Below, one piece after another: positions 40,571-56,735 of a stretch of 64,000 bases of DNA (position 1 is the first letter of the stretch; every line of letters starts with the position of its first letter). A model generated the notes under the pieces. The model saw nothing but the letters and a program-made list of their open reading frames with translations. It made no database searches and had not been told where the DNA came from. The translations under genes and the position numbers were made by a program. The stretch is from positions 112,778,001 to 112,842,000 of the forward strand of contig OX597821.1 in the NCBI GenBank assembly GCA_951406725.2, in the 5' to 3' direction. This DNA comes from Octopus vulgaris. Lineage: Eukaryota.

Positions 40571-40860
40571 AGATACTGCAACAGCTTGTGCTTCAAGGGC
40601 CCACAACTCTTTAATATCCTTCCAAAATGCCTGAGATACCTGCATGATGTGGATTTAAGTGTCTTTAAGACAAAACTGGATCTCTTCCTGTTACGGGTTC
40701 CAGACGAGCCCACCTCACGGCAGGAAACACAGATGAGGGCGGCAGCCGCATGAAACTCCTTCATTGACCAAATGCCACGTATTAGAAGGGGTTCCAAATA
40801 ATGGTGTAGCTCAGTGAACGGTGGTGCTCCAGCATGACCGCAGCTTTGCAGCTAAAACAT
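40571..40860 (+). mobile_element. 3' end of a CR1/L2-group LINE (ORF2 C-terminus plus tail)
   Basis: [49 protein letters not shown]; tail ggtggtgctccagcatgaccgcagctttgcagctaaaac. Confidence 0.8.
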
Positions 40861-40911
40861 TTTTTTAATATTTCACATACACTCACTTACACGATAGATA
40901 TATATATAGAT

Positions 40912-40949
<38 letters not shown>

Positions 40950-42319
40950 ACACGTGCGTGTTCATGCACGTGTATATTCATGAGTATATATACACGTATG
41001 CGTAACCATATACACACAGATATAGGTATGTGTATATATACATGTATACTTACATACACAAACACATTCACACGCATGTTGTGTATAATGAACAAGGGAA
41101 AACTATTTTGAACAGAGTGTAGAATATAATTATATTTATACGACTTCGGGAATACACGCACCTTCACACAAACACATCCACACACATACACACACATCTA
41201 TAATGTAAAATATTATGCGTATGTGAGTGTGATATTAATGTATAATACATAATTTATTACAATATATAAAATTCAATGTTTTATATATATATATATATGT
41301 ATGTATGTATGCATATATATATATACATACACATATACACACGCGCACACACACACACATTTATATATATGATACTAAATCTTATACTAAACCAGAAATA
41401 TATATATTTATATGCATATATGAGAAAGAGTGTGAGAGAGGGTGAGAAAGGAAAGTGAAAGTGAAAATAGCCATGATAATAATATATATATATACCATAA
41501 AACTAACACATTTCACAATACACATGCGCAAACCTTTATCTGTCTTATCATCCACTCGTATCTCAAGGTAACCATAATATAGTCATATACATAACACATA
41601 ATTACACATTAAAACTGATTATATTATACACAGACTGTTGGCGAGGCACGTAATCCATTAGTATTAGGCCCTGGGGAAATCACGGGAGATTTCGACTTTG
41701 TATAATGTGTTGATAAACAGGCATTCAGGTTCAATTCCCAGGTGATCCATTTCACTTCACTTATTCTTCGCAATTTGGAAAGCGATGGGGGTTTCGCGTT
41801 CGAGATACACAAGACTAATGCCTTTTTCTTTTCTTTTTTGTTGTAATGAAAGCCATTTTGCTAAAACAATAATCTTTTGCGACAATACTTTAAGAATATA
41901 TTTGATTCATTTATCGTGAGGAAAATATTGCTTATTTTGTTTTCCTTTGTATCTTTCGTTCTCAGTAAATGTTTTCTAATAGCTATTTATGCCAATGGCT
42001 CATTCCTGCCAAATTCATGATCATTTTACTTAATATCAAGTATTTTAAACGCTGGAGATTTTGATCTTTACACGACCCTTTCAGAATAAAACCTCAACGT
42101 AAATTGGGCAGTACCACATACATTGAAGGCAGCGACACTAAATGGTTCCAATTTTACTACACAGTCAGCAGTTCGGAGGGGAGAAGGAGGTCGACTACAT
42201 CGGCGCCAGTGTTCAATTGGTCCTTATTTTTTCTACCCCGAAAGGCCTCGGTGACATTTGAACACAGAAAGTACAATGCAGAAAGAAATGCCGCTAGGCA
42301 TTTGCGTCTCTGCCCGCTC

Positions 42320-42792
42320 GCAGCGGCAAGCTGGCAGAAACGTCAGCACACCGGCGGGCGAAATGCTTAGAGGTATTTCGTCTGCCACTACTTTCTGAGT
42401 TCAAATTCCGCCGAGGTCGACTTTGCCTTTCACCCTTTCAGGGTCGGTTAAATAAGTACCATTTACGCACTGGAGTTGATATAATCGACTTAATCCGTTT
42501 GTCCGTCTTTGTTTGTCCCCTCTGTATTTAGCCCCTTGTGGGTAGTAACGAAATAGGTATTTCGTCTGCTGCGAGCTGGCAGAAATGTTAGCACGCTGGG
42601 CGAAATGCTTAGCGGTATTTCGTCTGCCGCTACGTTCTGAGTTCAAATTCTGCCGAGGTCGACTTTGTCTTTCATCCTTTCGGGGTCGATTAAATAAGTA
42701 CCAGTTACGCACTGGAGTTGATATAATCGACTTAATCCGTTTGTCTGTCCTTGTTTGCCCCCTCTGTGTAGCCCCTTGTGGGCAGTAAAGAT
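42320..42792 (+). mobile_element. Two tandem SINE family B copies
   Basis: Both with head and tail type 1; junction gaaata|ggtatttcgtctgc at ~42555. Confidence 0.9.
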
Positions 42793-43491
42793 ATAAGCCC
42801 TGGGTTGCAACACTAAATAAAATCATTGTTCAACCCTTTTTTGCTTTTCTATTTTGCAATGGTGTAAACCTTTAACCTAGTTGTGTCCTTATTTTGTGTG
42901 TGTGTGTGTGTGTTCTTATATTGTGTGTGTGTCTTTGTTTTCCTATTGTGTTTCTTCATAGCCACCGAAAGACAACCGTGAATTGGCAGTTCGACAAAAG
43001 ATATCGATAGAACAAATACCATGCTTAAATTAAACACAGGGATTGATTTGTTTTCGATTAATCCCTTCGATGTGACGCCCCACCATGACCGTAGTTCAAT
43101 GGCTGAAACAGGCAAAAGATAAAAGAAATATTGAAAAAAAAAAAGCCATTTTTATATGCTAAAAAATACCGATAATATAATCAAGAATAATATGAAGACG
43201 TGTGATATCGATTTTTGTGTATAGCTGCTATGAGTCTGAGACAAGGGCTTTCATGCGAGTGTCGCGACACTTTAGTGTGCCACAAATAATCTCGAAGATG
43301 TGTTGCGATTCTAAGTCAATTCTAATCAACTTTTATAAATATATTTGGCTCGGAAATATAGTTCAAATCTGACGAATCTTTTGAAATCTATGAAAAGGAA
43401 CATTTCAAGGAGACAATTTCACTGTGGTTCTTTGTATTTTGGCACTAAATCCAATTATTTCACACAAATTCATTACTCATATATATATATA

Positions 43492-43535
<44 letters not shown>

Positions 43536-44024
43536 TGTGTGTGTGTGTGTCTGTGTGTGTGTAATGTATGTATGGATGGAATCTAAAATGGCACCTAAAA
43601 TGGCAAGAATCACGAATATAACCGACTGTTTCTTTGTCGACAATTTTAATTTCGGATCTGAAAATATCTGTGAAACGTATACACGTACGCACACTCACAC
43701 TCACACACACATATTACTTGTGCGTGTTAAGAGTGTTTTGTCTCAATATGTACCGTACGACAGATTGTATCTATGTACCTACCTCACTATCTGCCTGTCT
43801 GCTTGTCCGCCTGCATGTCTATCTGTTTGTCTGTATGCGATGGACAAATTGTCGCCATTTATTTCAATTTCGCGCATCGTCTGTTTTTGATTTTGTCGAC
43901 TACACAGTATAGTAGGGTCAGTTGGGTACCATCTGTGAGAAAAACAGCACCATGACGCATTTCACTCTGCCAGAAATTTGGAAACTACATAATGTACCAC
44001 TTGGCATTCGCGTCGGAAGTTCCA

Positions 44025-44057
<33 letters not shown>

Positions 44058-44058
<1 letters not shown>

Positions 44059-44463
44059 GAGGGACCGCTGAAAAATTCTTGGGTTGAAATATATCTTTCT
44101 TTACTCTAGGTACAAGGCCCTAAATTTTTGAGAAGTGGGGCCAATCGATTAGATCGATCCCAGTACGCAGCTGGTACTTAATTTATTGACCCCGAAAGGA
44201 TGAAAGGCAAAGTCGACCTCGGCGGAATTTGAACTCAGAGCGCTAAGCATTTCGCCCGGCGTGCTAATGATTCTGCCAACTCACCGCCTTTGGCTTGGAG
44301 TGTATCGTGAAAGGCCAGTTGGAGGCCCGATCTTCCAAAATCTGAAGGACCTTTGCAGTAAGTGTGCAAATCTGAGAGGGGAATATGTTGAATAAGATTA
44401 TGATTAACTGTTACACCCGAATATATTTTTACCCAAACTAGGAATTTTTCACCACCCCCATCG
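44058..44463 (+). mobile_element. Mariner-derived MITE with a nested SINE B (44093-44290, minus)
   Basis: Inverted ends cgagggaccgctgaaaaattcttgg / ctaggaatttttcaccacccccatcg; residual KCANLRGEYVE*. Confidence 0.75.
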
Positions 44464-44748
44464 TGTATGTGTATGTGTATGTGTGCGTGTGTGTGTGTGT
44501 ACATGCGTGCGTGTGTCGTTTTCATGGTATTCGATATCTCTCGCAGGCAATAATATTACATAATCCATTCATCACCTCTCCCTTTCCCTCCCCTCTTTCA
44601 CGCACTACTTAAATTACCCATTTCAATTACCTTTCACACACACACACACATACAAACATACATACACACACATACATATAAATATATAAACATGTACATA
44701 TACCTGTATATAAACATGTGTTTACAAGTACACACACATATTTATATG

Positions 44749-44797
<49 letters not shown>

Positions 44798-44985
44798 ATA
44801 CACATATAGATATATTTAATTATATATATACACATGTATATACATACATATACATATGTATATATATATATATGTGTGTGTATGTATATATATATATTTA
44901 TATATATACATGTATATATATGTGTGTGTGTATGTATATAAATATATATGTATATATATATATGTATATATATATATGTGTGTGC

Positions 44986-45016
<31 letters not shown>

Positions 45017-45127
45017 CGTATACCGTCTCTGTCACTCGCTGCGGCATTCGTCTACTTTATTACACAGACACACCCACTTACACATACGCGCATGCGTACA
45101 TAAACGCACGCACGCACAAACACAGAG

Positions 45128-45446
45128 GGCACTTCGTCGGTCACGACGACGAGCGTTCCAGTCGATACGATCAACGGCGCCGTCTACTCATGAAATTAAA
45201 GTGTAAGTACCCGAGAACTCCACAGACACGTGTACACTTAACATTGTTCTAAGGGAGATTCAGCGTGATTCAGAGTGTGATAAAGCTGGCCCCCTTTGAA
45301 TTACAGGTACAACTCATTCCTGCCAGCTGAGTGGACTGGAGCAGCCTGAAATAAAATGTCTTGCTCAAGGACACAACGCGTCGCTGGGAATCGAACTCAC
45401 GACTTTACGATCGTGAACCGAATACCCTAACAACAAATCCACGCGC
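45128..45446 (-). mobile_element. tRNA SINE family D (CORE-like body, tail shared with family E)
   Basis: B box gagttcgattccc, tgtgtccttgagcaagaca; a second diverged copy lies at 51891-52140. Confidence 0.8.
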
Positions 45447-45474
45447 TTTCATTGCACTCACACACACATACACA

Positions 45475-45537
<63 letters not shown>

Positions 45538-46796
45538 ACATACACACGTACAAACATACGCACACAAAGATATGTAATCGAAATGGGAGTTAAAGTTTAT
45601 CGCATACATCTCCAATTGCAAACTTACCCACAAAGATATTTGAACTCCCCCTCTCTCGCTTTCTCTATCTCTCTCTTTCCCTCTCTCTCTCTATCTATCT
45701 ATCTGTCTGTCTGTATCTGCCTCTCTCTCTTCCTTTCTCTATCTCTCTCTTTCCCTCTCTCTCTCTCTCTCACACACATATAGATATGTTACATAACCAT
45801 GACAACCATACATTCTCACATTCCATTTACATGTAAATGCTTCAAAAAGAAGAAGGAAAACAGAGAGAGAAAAAGAGCGAGGAAGCAAAAGCTAAGGAAG
45901 AACCATTTTTAATTAGCGAAACATCGTTTTAAGAGCGTGGAAACATGAAGCTTTATAAGTGCTAATCACTTCCAGAAGAACATTAGAATTTGATCTGGTG
46001 TACACTACACGAAGTCTGCACCAATAATGAATTAGCGTGTTAAAAATAGCAGTAAAGTCTCTTTCAGAATATGAATCCGAAGAAGGTTATCACAGAAAAT
46101 GTCAGGGAAAGTGTCACAGGAAAAAAAAGTAACAGGTAAATATATCCTTGGAATAGACTTATTGGAGATAAGTGACAGGTAAAAAAAAAAAGTCACGGTT
46201 AAAAGTAAATGAAGGAAATTTGTTCATTAAAATGTAAAAGGTGAAAGTCACAAAATAATAGTGATTTCAAATTTTGGCACAAGGCTAGTAATTTCGGGGT
46301 TGGGGGGAGTAAATCGATCAGATCGATCCCTGTACTCAACTGGTGCTTGTTTTATCGATCCCATGAAAAGATAAAAGGCAAAGTTGACCTCGGAGAAATT
46401 TGAACCCAGAATGTAAAGATGGACGAATGCAGCTGAATATTTAGCTTACGATGTGCAACGATTCTGGCAGCTCGCTGCTTTGAGTGGTGGTGGTGATGAT
46501 GATGATGATAATGATGATGAAAAATATAAGTTAATATCTCTGGTAAAATTTATTTGTATGAATGTTAGAGTTAAAAAATCACGCGAAAAAAATTAACGGG
46601 TAAAAATGTCACGGAAGACAGAAGCGAAGATTGTAGGAAAAACGGTCACGGGAAAAAATTTACAAGCCAAATAAAAACATACACACACAGGTAAAAAAAA
46701 AAAACGTCGTATAAAAATATTCAAAAGTATAAAATACCGAAAAAAAGTGACAGGAAATAAGTCACATGAAAAGTTACAGGAAAAATATTTATTGTC

Positions 46797-47135
46797 GCGG
46801 GCTTGGCTGTGTGGTTAGAAGGTTGTTTCCAAACCACATAGTTCTTTGGAAGACCCTTGCATATTGGGAAAGTGTTTTCTACCATAGCCTTGGACTGACT
46901 AAAGCCTTGCGAGTGAATTAGGTAGACGGAAACTGAAAGAAGCCCATTATATATGACAGATGGTGTTGGCGTGTTTAAGTTCCCGTTACCTAGCGGTTCG
47001 GCATAAGCGAACGATAGAGTAAGTATCAGGCTTAAAAAATAAAACAAATAAGTCCTGGGGTTGATTAGTTCGACGAAATTTCCTGAAGCTGGTGCCCCAG
47101 CATGGCCGCATTCTAATGAATGAAACAAATAAAAA
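46797..47135 (+). mobile_element. Diverged SINE family A
   Basis: ggctgtgtggttag...ggtagacggaaactgaaagaagccc...ggtgccccagcatggccgca. Confidence 0.8.
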
Positions 47136-47350
47136 GAAAAGAAAAAAAGAAAAAGAGTCACAGTTAAATTCCACCAGAAATCTTTTTTAAATGTCTGGTT
47201 TCGTGGGGGTTTTTCGATTTCTTGTTTGATTCAAAAGAGGAAATAAACCGTGCTTCGTTGCCATATACACGTCTGATGGCATTGACAAATTGTGTCTTTT
47301 GGTGCGTACAAATCGTGCGTTGTCAGTCGTTTAAAAGATTTAGGAGTGGT

Positions 47351-47741
47351 ATTCAAATTCCGGTGGCGAACTAGCAGAATCGTTAGCACGCCGGGCGAAA
47401 TCCTTTGCGGTATTTCGTCCGCCGCTGCGTTCTGAGTTCAAATTCCGCCGAGGTCGACTTTGCCTTTCATCCTTTCGGGATCGATAAATTAAGTACCAGT
47501 TACGCACTGGGGTCGATGTAATCGACTTAATCCCTTTGTCTGTCCTTGCTTGTCCCCTCTGTGTTTAGCCCCTTGTGGGTAGTAAAGAAATAGGTATTCG
47601 AATTCCGCCGAGGTCGACTTTGCTTTTCATCCTTTCGGGGTCGATAAATTAAGTACCAGTTATGTAATCGACTTAATCCGTTTGTCTGTCTTTGTTTGTC
47701 CCCTCTATGTTTAGCCCCTTGTGGGTAATAAAAAACAAATA
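47351..47741 (+). mobile_element. SINE family B dimer with TSD
   Basis: TSD ttaggagtggt on both sides; second unit starts gaaata|ggtattcg. Confidence 0.88.
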
Positions 47742-48077
47742 GTTAGGAGTGGTTGTGCGGTAAGAAGCTTGCTTCCCTTATCGAGGGGCGTTGATTGGCG
47801 GGCGTCGATTTGCTTCTCTCATTAATATCGTTATATCGTTCATCATTTCATTTCATTTGTGTTATTGTCCAGCACGCACTTGCCTCAATCTTTGTAATGC
47901 CTTTATGGCAAATCTGATGAAATAAAGAAGCCTGCTTCTCAACCACAGAAACACATTCGCACAATGTGCCGTGCAGTGGGACTGAACCTAAGGCCACATG
48001 ACTGGGAAGCAACCACCTAAACCACACAGCCACGACGGTGTCTACGGTATGTTCAACTACTATAAATTAACTGAGAA

Positions 48078-48309
48078 GGCGGCGAGCTGGCAGACACGTT
48101 AGCGCGCCGGGCGGATTGCTTAGCGGTATTTCGTCTGTCGTTACGTTCTGAGTTCAAATTCCGCCGAGGTCGACTTTGCCTTTCATCCTTTCGGAGTCGA
48201 TAAATAAAAGTACCAGTTTCGCACTGGGGTCGATGTAATCGACTTAATCCCTTTGTCTGTCCTTGTTTGTCCTCTCTATGTTTAGCCCCTTGTGGGCAAT
48301 AAAGAAATA
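48078..48309 (+). mobile_element. SINE family B monomer with 14-bp TSD
   Basis: TSD tataaattaactga at 48061-48074 and 48310-48323. Confidence 0.93.
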
Positions 48310-48658
48310 TATAAATTAACTGAAAAATATGAATTAGTTTCTAAATATTACTGACAACAATTTCTTTGTTTTATAGGAATCCTTAACTAAGAGTAGTATT
48401 TTGCTATTTGAATGAATTTAAATCTTGGTGCAGATTACAAAAGTTACACAAGATCAACAAGTCCAGAAACCTTAGCAGTTATTTAACAAAACGGCATTAC
48501 TCAACGCATTAATGATCTTATCTGAGTACTGACATCTATTCGACCGAGCTATATGCAATGCACTTGTTATACAGGAGAAATATAGATTATTTTCCAGGTA
48601 TATAGTGAAATATATACTCGCACTATACATACATACGTACGTACGTACATAATCGCGT

Positions 48659-48717
<59 letters not shown>

Positions 48718-48924
48718 GTATGTGTGTGCTGTGTATTTGTGCATGTGAGTGTGTATTCGGTTTAGCTGTTTTGATGGATGAATTTGTGAACAAGTGACAA
48801 GATGATTAGCATGGTAAGTGGCAATATATGAAGCAGTTAAACCAGATGTAACCAACGGTAGCTAGTGCATTAGTTCTAAGCAACCAGCAAAGGAAGTGAT
48901 ACGGACACGCACGCACGAACACAC

Positions 48925-48964
<40 letters not shown>

Positions 48965-49487
48965 ACACACACACACACGCACAAACGTACAGTTATTGCG
49001 TTACAAACTGCGGTTTATTTCGATCGTACTAACTTGTCAAGTCTGAAATATACCGCAGTTTGTAACGAAATTATTTAGTGAATAAATATTAATTCTCAAC
49101 GTTTTAAAGTCTTAAATTCTCAAGTCCTTGTCTTAATAACTGTTAACTAGTGAGGCTACTAACCCTTCATCTCTTTCTCTCTCTTTCTTTCTCACTTACT
49201 CTCACTTTTTGCCTGTCTGTCTGCCTCAATCTCTCTCTCTCTCTCTCTCTTCACACACACACATCTATGCATGTACTAGCTTAAAAGCCGCCCGATAGGG
49301 CTTTGGTCGGCCCCGATGCTATAGTAGGAGACCCTTACCCAAGGTGTCACAGAGTGGGACTGAACACGGAACCGTGTGGTTGCGAAGTAAGCTTCTTACC
49401 ACATCACCACGCCTGCGCCTATATATCTGTGTGCGTGCGCCTATATATCTGTGTATGTACATATATATGTATATACATACATATATA

Positions 49488-49543
<56 letters not shown>

Positions 49544-50689
49544 TATACGCATATATACATACATATAGAGAGAAAGAGGGAGAGAGATACATACATATAC
49601 ACACACATGTATATGTATGTATGTATGTATGTATGTATAAATACATACGAGGAGCTTCCATATAGTTTCTATCTACCAAATTCACTCACAATGCACGAAA
49701 CTTTAGTAGACTAGTCTAAGGCAAGGTGCGGCGCAATAGGATTGATCTCGAAATCCCGTGGTTGCAAAGCGATCTTCTTAACGACAGAGCCATGTCTGCG
49801 ACTACATAGATAGACAAACACCACCTTCACTTTAAAACAAAAAAATATTCTTTTTTTTTTGTTGTGTGTGTTTTTTCAATTTTCTTTTCTTCAATTTCTA
49901 TTCTTATTTGCCTGAACGCGTCAAAACAAAGAAATATATGTGAAATGATACGTATACAATACAGACGGTTATATAAAAAATAAACTGAAACTGATATTTA
50001 TTCATTTAAAATTATATATTTACTTCAAAATTTATCAAGAACTCCCCACCCACACATACACACACACACACATATACGAATGACAGCTAAAAGTTAAGTC
50101 AATAACAAAACGCGTTGAGATATTAAAATTGCAGATTATGAGCAGCTGCTTTCAAAGAATTTTATTTTAATTTTTATTTTTATTTTCCAAGATCGTAATT
50201 GTCCATCACATATTTAATAGGTTTGTTGATAATATGTCTGTAATAATTCCTTTTGTTTTTGGTTGGATAATTTTTTGTCGTTTCGTTGCGATCAACAAAT
50301 TCTTAACGGAAATAAATGATTTTTTTTTTCTTTTTTATTTAATATGCGACATATTCTCATTAATGTCTCTCCGGAATATATTTAGGCTACGAAATTAATT
50401 TATCTTCAATATATATTGTTTTATTCATATATCTAGATATAAATGAAAAAAGAGAACGATCTCAAAATACTCTGGAAGCCACTCCTGGGAGCAACTCGGC
50501 TGTTAAGAAATTGTTGCCCTTTTTTTATGCGTACCTTTTGGAACGGAAGCCGATTCGACCACACATTACGAACCAAAATCAGAATAACAGAATGGAATAA
50601 TGGAATGGAATAACTGAATGGAATAACGGGATAGAATAATCTGGTGACATTCTGACTGGGTTACTGACGTGAACTGACTGCAACGAACA

Positions 50690-51040
50690 CACACATACAT
50701 ACATGCATACATACATACATACATACATATACATGCATACATACATACATACATACATACATACATACATACATACATACATACATACATACATACATAC
50801 ATACATACATACATACATACATACATACATACATACATGCATGCATACATACATACAAACATACATACATACATACATACATGCATACATACATACATAC
50901 ATACATACATACATACATACATGCATACAAACATACATACATACAAACATGCAAACATACATACATACATACATACATACATACATACATACATACATAC
51001 ATACATACATACATACATACATACATACATACATACATAC
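50690..51040. repeat. (CATA)n microsatellite
   Basis: Directly visible. Confidence 0.97.
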
Positions 51041-51124
51041 CCATACTTGACATCAGAAGTCAGTATAAAACTCGCAACACAACTGTACTCTAGAGAGTTA
51101 ATATGTCAATTACGTGCGCTTTTC

Positions 51125-51600
51125 TGAACAAATTCAATCTGCAGTGGAGTGGACATATAACGCACGCCCGACTCAAGTTTTCCCAAACTGAAATTTGCTA
51201 AACTTGCAGCTGGCTCTCAGTCACGTGGAAGGCCAAGGAAGAGATACTTGAGGCACACCCAAGACAGCCTGGAACAAGTGTAAGCTCTCAACAGCCAGCT
51301 TGGTGTTATATTGCTGAGGATTGCTTTCTGTGGTGCATTGCTGTGTGCTTTGAAGTGCAACACTCTGAACCTGATATGATCAGAGAAGTTAAAAAGAGGA
51401 GGGCTGCTGCACCAACACTATTCTCCATCCTTTTTGGAGCCTGTTTGAGTTATACTTTTGAGGGATGCGATGTGGGAGCTGAGTTACGAATTCAGCCATC
51501 TGGGAAACTGTTTAACTTGCGTCGCTTTCGCAATCAATCGAAAGCTTTACGAGACAGCAACCCAGGCAGTCATATGCAGGTAATGCTGGCCCTGTTGCAT
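51125..51600 (+). pseudogene. Old RTE-clade LINE fragments
   Basis: LQWSGHI..GSQSRGRPRKRY and APTLFSILF..GKLFNLRRFR resemble RTE C-terminal and RT motifs. Confidence 0.7.
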
Positions 51601-51639
51601 ATAAACAAGACATCTAAATCATTATGCACCCTTTTCTAC

Positions 51640-53191
51640 ACGCAAACAAACACACACGCACGCACACACGCACACACGCACATAAACACACACACACACA
51701 CACGCACGCACACAAACACACACACGCACATACACATGAACACACACGCACATACGCACACATGCACACATACACACGTACGCTCACATTGACTATCGGT
51801 ACACACACATACATACACACACACACACACACACATACACACACACACACACACACGCGCGCGAACACACACACACACACGCACAAAAACTGGCACCCCG
51901 ATCAAAAGAACAGCCTGCTCGTGAAATTAAGTGGCTGAGCATTCCACAGACACGTGTGCCTTTAGCGTATTTCTGAGGGAAACTCAGCGTGACACAGAAT
52001 TACAGGTACTACTCATTATTTGCCAGGTGAGTGGATTGAAGCAAGGTGAAACCAACCGCCTTGCTCAAGAACACAACTCATCGCTATGTATCGAACTTAT
52101 GACCTGATAGTATTGAACCGAAACATTTAGTCACGCGCCTTTACACACACACACGCAGACATACACATGCACGCCCACACACGCGAACGTGCGCACAGAC
52201 ACACACACGCAAACAAACACACACGCACGCACACACGCACACACGCACATATACATGCACGCCCACATACGCACACATGCACATACACATAAACACACAC
52301 ACACACGCACATACGCACACATGCACACATACACACGCACGCCCACATACGCTCACACGCACACACGTACATACACACGCACGCGCACACACACACGCGC
52401 ATGCACGCACACAAACACACACACATACATATAAACACACACGCACGCACACACGCACACATGCACACATACACACGCACGCCCACACACCCGAACGCGC
52501 GCGCACACACGCACGTGCACACATACACACACGCACGCACGCACACACGCACACACACACACGCACACACACACGCACACGCACACACACGCACATACAC
52601 ACCCGCGCGCACACACACACACACACACACAAACACACACATACACAAGCACACGTACACACCCACCCACGCGCACGCACACACACACAGGCATGCGCGC
52701 GCATGCACATATATAACACCTCTTTCGAAGTTTGTTGAATAAACTGATACTGGATTAGGACAAATGAGGCCTGTGGTTTACTTAGTTCATGTCAATCCCC
52801 AAGGGACCTCATGGTTATAAAGTGATAATCGAATCTTGACCTTAACCCCATTACACACGTGACTCATCGAAGTTTTCCCTCGTCGAATAGGCGGAATCCC
52901 GTTTTACCTGTGACACTTCGATTTACATACAAACACCGACAGATTCATCATATTCAAGGTGAACGTCAGACATGTCTAGACATGCCTAGCTTTATGGCGG
53001 CCATTGAACATATCAGGTAACCAGAAACGGAGAGGGACTCCGGTCTCTTATTACAACACACGCGAAAATACAGACACTCACAGACAGACAGACAGACGGA
53101 TAGACAGACAGACAGACTGATACATTGATAGACAGACAGACAAACTGATACATTGATAGATGGACAGACAGACGGATAGACAGATAGTCAC

Positions 53192-53247
<56 letters not shown>

Positions 53248-53260
53248 GGATGGATGGATG

Positions 53261-53349
<89 letters not shown>

Positions 53350-53700
53350 GTAGACAGACAGATAGACGGACAGACGGACAGATAGGCAGACAGACAGATA
53401 AATAGATACAGTGATAGATAGATAGACAGATGGACAGACAGACAGACGGGCAGACAGACAAACAGACTGATAGATAAATACATTGACAGATAGACAGACA
53501 GACGGACAGACAGACAGACAGACAGATGGGCAGACAGATGGACAGACGGACAGACGGATAGATAGACAAACAGACAGATAGATAAATACATTGACAGATA
53601 GACAGACAGACGGACAGACAGACAGGCAGATGGACAGACAGATATTGATAGATAGACAGACAGAGTGATAGATAGACAGTCGGACAGACAACAGACAGAA
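51640..53700. repeat. CA-rich and GAYA-rich low-complexity tracts
   Basis: Directly visible; interrupted by a SINE D copy and unique sequence. Confidence 0.9.
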
Positions 53701-53719
53701 AAAGCAAAAAAAATATCAC

Positions 53720-54490
53720 TGCATCAGACCTAAAATGTTCTTAAACTGAAAAATCCAACAGAAGAAGATTTGATTTGGTTTTTCTCAAACGAGAAAATCT
53801 TCGACCAAGATCAAAAAGTTAATAGAGGAAATGACAGATAGTCATGTGCAGACTCTTCTGATGTTCCAAGTGTTGTGCATAGAAAATTTCCTGCAACTGT
53901 CATGGTTTTAAAGGTTGTCAGCAACGAAGGACATGTGATGCCTCCCTACTTCTTACCACAAGACCTTAGAGTTAACTCTGCCACCTACATTGAGGTCCCG
54001 GAAATAATTGTTAAGCCCTGGATAGACAGTGTATGCAATAAAAGGCCATATGTGTTTCAGTAAGATTTTGCACTATTACACAAGGCTCTAGTAACACAGG
54101 ATTGGTTGGCTGAAAATTTTCCCCATCACATAACCCCTAACATTTGGCCTCCTAATTCCCCAGATCTCAATCCATTGGACTATTACATGTGGAATGTTGT
54201 TGAGAGAGAGTGGTCAATGAATACGCCCATAACACCAAAGATTCTTTGAAAGCTGCCATTGTCAGAATAATGTCCAAAATGAACCAGGACCACTTGATTT
54301 GAGCATGTAGATGATTTAGATCTCATTTAGAAGCAGTTATTGAAGCTGAAGGTTGCTTTATTGAATAACATTATAGAAAATGTTTATTTTTATCCTCATA
54401 GCATTTTTTTGATAAATACAGTTATTATCTGTTATTATATATCTGTTTTTTATAAACATAAATCTGCCCTCAAATATCTTATGTACCCTG
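53720..54490 (+). mobile_element. Tc1/mariner-superfamily DD37D (maT) transposase 3' half with right TIR
   Basis: WFFSNEKIF..VFQ*DFA..(37)..WPPNSPDLNPLDYYMW; ends ...accctg-TA. Confidence 0.9.
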
Positions 54491-54662
54491 TATATTGTCG
54501 TTGCATAACGAAATACGATGTCCCTACCAGTAATCAATGTATACGTACCAGTTGCCGGGAATGTGGTTAATATGTAAATTTGGTATATATCCAGTTGTGT
54601 TACACCGCTATATTTTTCTGGTTACTAAGGCAAATAGTTTGTGGATGATTCATGGGTTGGAT

Positions 54663-54708
54663 GTGGCACTGACGAGGGGGCAATAACTCCTGAAATATGC
54701 ATATACAC
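54663..54708 (+). ncRNA. Degenerate hammerhead motif
   Basis: CTGACGA-ggggg(caataa)ctcct-GAAAT-atgc-ATA; palindromic helix III, weak helix I. Confidence 0.45.
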
Positions 54709-54849
54709 CCATTGCCTAGTTTTCTATCTTCGATCGCATTGTTTCCATAGACGTATTCCTATACGAAACGTCGTAACTTTCAGTGCTGGCTCTATTTTCT
54801 AAAGGAAGTGTGTAGAGATAATTTTAAAAAGTGACACACGTATATGTAT

Positions 54850-56735
<1,886 letters not shown>

